Below, one piece after another: positions 55,929 to 64,000 of a stretch of DNA of 64,000 nucleotides; position 1 is the stretch's first letter, and every line of letters begins with the position of its first letter. The stretch lies in NCBI RefSeq assembly GCF_009914755.1, contig NC_060942.1; one strand, 5' to 3'. The notes beneath the pieces are model-generated. The model saw only the letters and a program-made list of their open reading frames with translations. It did no database searches and was not told where the DNA came from. Source of the stretch: the human T2T-CHM13v2.0 reference genome, Homo sapiens. Made by a program: the position numbers and the translations under genes.

Positions 55929-56688
55929 CACCCCAACCCCACTCCATCCCCCATCCCAACCCCCACCCCAACCCCCACCCCAACCCCCACCCCATCCCCC
56001 ATCCCAACCCTCACCGCATCCTCCACCCCAACCCCCACCCCAACCCTCACCCCAACCCCCACCCCAACCCTCACCCCATCCCCCATCCCAACCCTCACCG
56101 CATCCTCCACCCCAACCCCCACCCCAACCCTCACCCCAACCCCCACCCCAACCTTCACCCCATCCCCCATCCCAACCCTCACCGCATCCTCCACCCCAAC
56201 CCCCACCCCATCCCCCATCCCATCCCCCACCCCAACCCCCACCCCAACCCTCACCCCAACCCCCACCCCAACCCCCACCCCAACCCTCACCCCAACCCTC
56301 ACCGCATCCTCCACCCCAACCCCCACCCCAACCCTCACCCCAACCCCCACCCCAACCCTCACCCCATCCCCCATCCCAACCCTCACCGCATCCTCCACCC
56401 CAACCCCCACCCCATCCCCCATCCCATCCCCCACCCCAACCCCCACCCCAACCCTCACCCCAACCCCCACCCCAACCCCCACCCCAACCCTCACCCCAAC
56501 CCTCACCGCATCCTCCACCCCAACCCTCACCGCATCCTCCACCCCAACCCCCACCCCATCCCCCACCCACATCCCCCACCCCAACCCCCACCCAACCCCC
56601 ACCCCAACCCCCACCCCAACCCTCACCCCATCCCCCATCCCCCACCCCCACCCCAACCCCAACCCCAACCCCAACCCCATCCCCCACT
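55929..56688. repeat. C-rich hexamer array (CCCCAA/CCCCCA/CCCTCA/CCCCAT), ~760 bp; G-quadruplex-prone on the minus strand
   Basis: Direct reading; runs of 3-5 C separated by 1-3 nt with a recurring CCGCATCCTCCA marker. Confidence 0.97.
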
Positions 56689-57485
56689 CCTAGCAACCAC
56701 TCATCTCCTTTCTGTCTCTATCGAATTCACTGATTCTGGACATTTCACCTAAATGGAATCATACAAGATGTGGCCTAAGAAAGATTATCTTTCATTGTCA
56801 TATTAATAGCTATAAACCCATAATAAGAAATGTCTTACACTACAGCTTAAATTGCTATTCCTAATGAGAAACATGGGGAAGAAGTCCCGTTAGGCGTTGT
56901 CACAATGTCTAAACAAGGGTCTCTGAGAAGCTTCTAGCTCTGCTGAGTCTAGCATGGGAGTTCCTGCAGGCTGCTTAACGGAGACCTCATCTACTTTGTC
57001 TAAACAAACCAGGAACGGTGTGGGTCCTGGTCACCTCCCAGGTGCCCTCAGCGTGTTAGGGTCTCCTTCAGCCTCTGATGACTCAACAGTCTGGTGTCAC
57101 TGGACATGTCCTAAGTATGTACTTTCTAGTGGTTTGCAGTCAATATCATGTAAAGTGTGGTACACACACTAACACACACACAATCATAATGTAACAGTTT
57201 CCACCTGCAGTGACCTGTGTCTATTAAAGGGCTGCCCGACACGGACTCACAGCATTGGTCTCTTTTCAAAGTCATTCTGTCACTTATATTACATAGATTT
57301 TAAAGTCTGATAAATGTTACCAATCTTAGAAAAAAAAATTCAGGAAAATAGCTTCTGTTCTGACTAGCTTAAAATTTTTATTTGCTATTAATTTTAATTA
57401 GTGTAGGAAGTTAAAATACAAAAGAGAGAGCTAAGAAAATGACTCAAATTGATTGAATATGTTGTCTTCAGACAACTGGTATACC

Positions 57486-57774
<289 letters not shown>

Positions 57775-58230
57775 TTATTTCGATTAATTATAAAGAGCCA
57801 AAAGAGCAACAAACAAGAAAAGGAAGGTTAAAATGTTGTCTTTACTGAAAATTCATTTTTCGTTATTGACAATTCATCAGTAATATTTATACACATGCAT
57901 ATCCGATACAAATGTGTAAGATAAAATTTTTGAGTAAACATTTTAAAGAGAAGACTAAGTTTATTTTCTATTAGGAAATTTCATATCTTTTAAGAGGAAT
58001 GAAAACGCCTATGTTTATTTTTAAAAGTACACGTACGTACAGAAAAGGAGAGGAGAGAGAGCAGGGCTTGCAACAGTGCTGACAGTGGCCATCTCTGGGC
58101 AAAAGAAATGTGGACAGTTTTCATTTCAATTTTTTTACTTCCTCGAAGTTTAAAAAGCTCTATAATGAACATATATTACTCTTGGGCAAGAAGGGATTTT
58201 TTTTTTCCAGAAAAACACTAACAAGTGCTT

Positions 58231-58495
58231 TCTTTGTCTTTCCTCAAATTTTGTGCGTTTTTCTCATTGACAATGGATGGTTGGTTTTCAGAGATGACTT
58301 TGTCATGCTAGTAACAAGTTTTCTGGAGCTTTTTGAGATTAAGTTCACAACATTGCTGTAAGTCATGTTTGGAATCACTTTCTGCCCTTCCAGTTGTTGT
58401 AGAAAGCAAATCGCCACCCATGGCCCTTCTCTGCCTCCGGCTCCCCGACCACAGGTTGCAGAGAAGGATGGGGTGCATCTGTGCCCAGGTGTGTG
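58231..58495 (+). repeat. Copy A of a diverged ~265-bp direct duplication
   Basis: Collinear with 61258-61518 (e.g. TTCTCATTGACA.TGGATGGTTGGTTTTCAGAGATGA, GCTTTTTGAGATTAAGTTCA.AACATTGCTG, GGGGTGCATCTGTGCCCAGGTGTGT). Confidence 0.95.
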
Positions 58496-59984
58496 CGACG
58501 CCTCACCACATGGAAGGACAGCCAGCTGGAGGCACAGGACATGCCTGAACTGTGCTGCAAACTAGAAGACACAAAATATCTGGGTTTTTATTCCAGAAAA
58601 CTGTCACGGACACCTGTAATCAAGACCGGTATTTCTCTGTCCATTGTAGAAAGAGATCCAATCCTCTTAGTCCCAACTTAAACTAAGATTTTCACAATAT
58701 CAAATTTTCATGGAAACTGCCTTCAGCATAATAAGTACAAGTAATTTATCTGATAAAAGAATGTCAACAGCAAGTACAGTATAATTTGTGTGGTGACAAA
58801 TTGTACCCATCCTTTCCAGGAAGAAAGACACACTGCTGTGTGTGGAATGAATTGGGGCAAGGTCAAGTAGAAGCACTTGTGTTTAATATGCAGCTCCCAG
58901 AAACATCACTCTATCCTTTCAGAAGATAGATGCAAATTATAGCTAATAAAGTTATTATAAATAATTGCTGCTTCTCCTCTCCTGCATATTCAGTGAGTTT
59001 GGAATGGGAGGAGAGGCAGTTATGAATGAGACACCTATAAATTATGAATTAGGAGACATCTGATGTGGCACTTGTCATTGTCCCTAAATTCAGAGATGTA
59101 TTTTCATAGATTAGCAATATCAGATATGACATCTGAGGTCAAATTGACTGAGAGATTTAGCCAGCCAGGGTGAGAAGTACAAGGTTGAGAATGTCTCTAA
59201 GATGCTCACACAGCACCCGCAGATATCTTCGGGAATGACAAGGAGAGGAAAAGGAGCAGGTGTTAATTTTTCACATAATAAGGGCTGGAACAAATAGCAG
59301 ACATGAGTACTACGAAGGGGAAAATTAGTCACCCTGTAGTATTACGGGCACAAATATCTCACAATGAGGTGGGAGGATCCGAGGTCCTGACAATGTCTGT
59401 GGAGACCCTAACCTGTGTCAGGTCCTGAGCCAGGTGGGGAAGGCAGGAATTCGATTCCAGCAGCTTCTGCTGATAATCAAGGCACAATGCCAACAGGAAG
59501 CAAGCGACAGAGGCTTGCCCGGTGCTGTGGGGGGAAGGAGGGGTCCACCCGGCGTCAGAGACATGAGTACCAGGCAGCCCTCTTCCAGGAATAGTGTCCA
59601 GCCTGCGACTTGAAACCAACAGCCAGGGTCAGCAGGAGACCCAGGGCAGACAGAGTCTGAGTGGAGGCTGCACGGAACCGGGGCAGGTGACAAGCAGGTT
59701 TCCAGAGAGCAACCAGAGTCAGTCTCAGCTGCAGGGAGGGCAGCCTCGAGGGGAGGACCCGCGAAGGAGCAGAAACTGCGGGGGCAGCAGGGTTCAGCCC
59801 ACTGGAGCGACAGCATGAGAAGGGGCGAAGGGGGCCGGGTCCAGCACGTGCCTTGCCCTGTGAGCTGGAGGGAGTAGGGCAGCATGGCCTCCGCTGAGTC
59901 AGGCACGGTGAGGGCACAGACCCAGGGAGGGGCCAGACGGGACTCACAATTAGGCCCACAGCCAGCAAGCCACAGACAGGACTC

Positions 59985-60215
59985 ACATCCAGGTGTCTAC
60001 AGTAGTCAAACTGTTGGAGGCTGAAAGTAGAGTGGTGATCACCAGCTGTGGGAGGGGGACTGGGAGTGTTGCCCGACAGGTAGAGGATTTCAGATTTGCA
60101 AGATCACAGAGAGAGATCTGCTGAACAACAATGTGAGCAGAGTCGACACCACTGCAGTGCACACTTAGCAAGAGCTGAGAAGGTACATTGCATGCCGTGT
60201 GTTTCTGACCACACA
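59985..60215 (+). mobile_element. L1MA/MB 3' end fragment
   Basis: GTAGTCAAACT..GAAAGTAGAGTGGTG.TCACCAG..TTTCAG.TTTGCAAGAT..GAGATCTG..ACAACAATGTGA..ACCACTG..GTGCACACTTA. Confidence 0.7.
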
Positions 60216-60498
60216 CACACTAAGCGAGATTCAGGCCCAAGTCGACCTCCAAGTCCTTGCTCTTTCGCAGCAGCCGCTAGCCCTGTGATTGAGACCCAGC
60301 TCCTGCCTGCCGGGCCTCATGGGCCTCTGCCGTCAATCAAGTGATAAGATTTCTCAGAACCGCAGAAGCCCTAATCTGACCTGTTACTCTTCGACACCGT
60401 TTAATATAATGTTTTAGACGTGTTTGCCACTTTTTATATAAACGCTTATGAAAATCACGTAGAGACTGTTAACTAAGTAGACGCTCAGGTACACTCAC

Positions 60499-60975
60499 CA
60501 TTTTCAGCAAGATAAAAATGGCCAAGCGCGGGTCCCGCAGCTGCTAAGCCTGTTCTGTGTCCCGAGCTCCTGAGAGAGTCCCCCCAGGCTTTGCCTTCCC
60601 GGCTTCCCGGGGTTGACCCCAAATTCATGTGTTCCTGGCGCTGGCCCCGTCTGTTAACTCCAGCTACGGGAGAGGCGCTCTGTGGCACTCCTGGAGCAAA
60701 AACATCCGGAAGTGGCCCAAATCCTGCGGAAGGTTTTCCGGGAGAATGGGAGGTGCTCGTGTCACAGGGCACCCGAACTCCCAAGGAGAAGATGAGGACT
60801 GGAGGAGGCCCTGGAGGCGACGTGCGCGCCCCGCGGTGGGGCCGTCTCTGTGCGGTGAGGCTCCCGCCTGCATCTCGCAGCGGGAGGTCATCGGGCAAGT
60901 GCGTTGCTGCGCTGCTGAAGAGAACGCTGGAAGAGGCGGGAATCGTGCCACGCCGGGGGGCGCCATCTTTGTAAG
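60499..60975 (-). ncRNA. Candidate first exon of a minus-strand (probably non-coding) transcript
   Basis: AAGATGGCG (YY1) near the presumed start; donor ATG|GTGAGT at 60499/60498; TSS position is inferred. Confidence 0.35.
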
Positions 60976-61200
60976 AGGTCAGGACCAAAGTGGGTCAGAA
61001 CTCCGTTCCTACAGTGTACGTCGCATCTCCCTCTGGTAGGACCTGCTGTCTTAGTTTTCGTTTGTGGTTTGGTTTTGTTTTTCGGCCTAGAAGTTGGTGA
61101 GTGATGCTGTGTGATTCCAGCAGGAAGTCCCGGGTGCTGTCACCACGGTGGGCACCCAGCGGCCCCGGGCAGGGCTGACTGCATGAGTCACTGCCACCGC
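60500..61200. promoter_or_regulatory. CpG-island promoter, probably bidirectional
   Basis: CpG-dense; ETS CCGGAAGT 60706-60713, YY1 CGCCATCTT 60961-60969, ETS CAGGAAGT 61121, AP-1 TGAGTCA 61184-61190; strong donors pointing outward on both strands. Confidence 0.8.
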
Positions 61201-61241
61201 TGCTGTTTGTGGCACCCTGCCATGTGACCGTGATCTTCTGT

Positions 61242-61251
61242 GTCACATGAC
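61242..61251. promoter_or_regulatory. M-box/CLEAR-like E-box (MiT/TFE, USF)
   Basis: GTCACATGAC (reverse complement GTCATGTGAC); second CATGTGAC at 61221-61228. Confidence 0.5.
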
Positions 61252-61257
61252 ACAGGT

Positions 61258-61518
61258 TTTTTGTCTTTTCTCAAATTTTATGCCTTCTTTCTCATTGACA
61301 GTGGATGGTTGGTTTTCAGAGATGAATTTGTCAGGTAAGAAATTTTCTGAGGCTTTTTGAGATTAAGTTCATAACATTGCTGAAAGTAATGTTTGAAATC
61401 ACTGTTTGCCCTTCCAGTTGACATAGAAAGCAAATCACCACCCGTGGCCCTTCTCTGCTGCCAGTTCCCCCACCATAGGCTGCAGAGAAGGCCAGGGGTG
61501 CATCTGTGCCCAGGTGTG
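61258..61518 (+). repeat. Copy B of the diverged ~265-bp direct duplication
   Basis: Collinear with 58231-58495. Confidence 0.95.
61302..61334 (+). other. Candidate 33-nt 5'UTR exon
   Basis: Acceptor CCTTCTTTCTCATTGACAG| and donor CAG|GTAAGA; upstream donor TTG|GTGAGT at 61096/61097. Confidence 0.4.
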
Positions 61519-62299
61519 TACAATCAAGCATACACTTCAAGGTGTTCCTTGAAACAGTCAAGAGAAGTCCTTTATGCCTCCCCGGGTTTTCTCGACTGTT
61601 TCAAGGTACACCTCAGAGTGGGGTGTACCGCCCAGGTTGGCCAAGATGCAATGGCCAGCCTTGACAGTCTCGGCCGTGGGCTTTTGAACTGAGCCGCATT
61701 AAATCCCAGCCGGTGCTGGAAGACACTCAGGCATCCCCACAGACTTTCATCAGACCTCCCAGGGCAGCCCCCAGCCCTTCCACATCCATTGGTCAGCTGT
61801 GGTCTGCGGGTCCTCCGGAGGGCAGGCAGTAGTCACAGCTGCAGTTGTGCCCCTTGGGACATCACGCTGGCCTTGGGCAGAGCCTCTGGGAGAAAGGGCC
61901 CCCAGGGCGCAGTCCTCAGTTGTGTTGCCTTGCTGCATTTCCTCAGAGCCCAGGGCGAGGCCACTCCAGACGCAGCTCTGCTCAGCACAGCTCCCGAGTC
62001 TCTGACGTTGGCCCTGGAAACGAGGACACGTCAGCCACGAGGACCTGGCTCTGTCTGTCCAGCTCCAGGTAGTTTAATTGCCGGAGCAAAAGCCCTCACT
62101 TGAGATTTTGGCCGATGGTCCCTCTGCCCTCTTCAGAGCTTAGGCGTGGGTTGGATGAGGGTGGGCTGTGGGCATGTCACAGATCCACTGGGCCAGGCTC
62201 TGAGCAGCCGCCCTCCGGGAACCAAGCCCCCCTTTCTGGGCTAAGCCCATGGTGATGATTTCCTTAGCTTCTTGTCCTAGGAGCCCCTCAGGTCTATGT

Positions 62300-63220
<921 letters not shown>

Positions 63221-63332
63221 TTGTAAAGCAGCTTCTTGTGGTCTCTTTTACCAGCACTGTAGAAATGTCCAGGCGTATTGAAGTCCCACTAAAGCTGAAA
63301 CTGGAGATGTTGCTTTAATTATACTCACACAA

Positions 63333-63516
<184 letters not shown>

Positions 63517-63562
63517 CTAAGCAAGAGAATCAGAGTCTGCCTTTAAAAAAATTTATACTAGC

Positions 63563-63887
<325 letters not shown>

Positions 63888-63896
63888 TTATACTAG

Positions 63897-64000
63897 GGTC
63901 CAGGCGTGGTGGCTCACGCCTGTAAGCCCAGCACTTTGGGAGGCCGAGGCGGGCGGATCACAAGGTCAGGAGTTCGAGACCAGTCTGGCCAACCTAGTGA
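63897..64000 (+). mobile_element. AluS left arm (runs off the window)
   Basis: GGCGTGGTGGCTCACGCCTGTAA..GGATCACAAGGTCAGGAGTTCGAGACC. Confidence 0.93.

Noticed and set aside
55929-56688. True interstitial telomeric sequence or fusion site
   Set aside because: No CCCTAA units seen, and the array is embedded at the natural C-rich tract of an L1 tail
60945-60965. CTCF site at CACGCCGGGGGCGCC
   Set aside because: Three mismatches in the 5' core; not supportable without a PWM scan or ChIP

Overview
This is primate (most likely human) non-coding genomic DNA with a subtelomeric character, and I can support no protein-coding exon. The long ORFs are artefacts of Alus, CpG islands and tandem repeats. 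From left to right it contains: an AT-rich 3'UTR-like segment ending in a canonical poly(A) signal (~1233); an orphan CpG island (4.3-5.4 kb); and old interspersed repeats (Alu, L1M, MIR, L2, MLT1/MST LTRs, Tigger3, MER47). Five tandem arrays cover ~24 kb (~38% of the window): a ~15-kb 53-bp VNTR of ~284 units, a 74/76-bp VNTR growing out of a MIR head, a 28/46-bp VNTR, a 51-bp VNTR, and a C-rich hexamer array grown inside an L1 3'UTR. A second CpG island at 60.5-61.2 kb looks like a bidirectional promoter, with YY1, ETS, AP-1 and M-box/CLEAR motifs and strong splice donors on both strands. The most unusual observations are the UGCAUG-carrying, hairpin-containing 53-bp mega-array with higher-order structure; an inverted copy of unique flank plus Alu head (39571-39654 vs 42219-42302); and a diverged ~265-bp duplication in which only one copy has splice sites for a 33-nt exon. 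The layout recalls the DLGAP2-CLN8 interval at 8p23.3, but this is an unverified guess. No CRISPR or novel coding system is supported. Repeat subfamily names come from recalled consensus sequences and need RepeatMasker confirmation.
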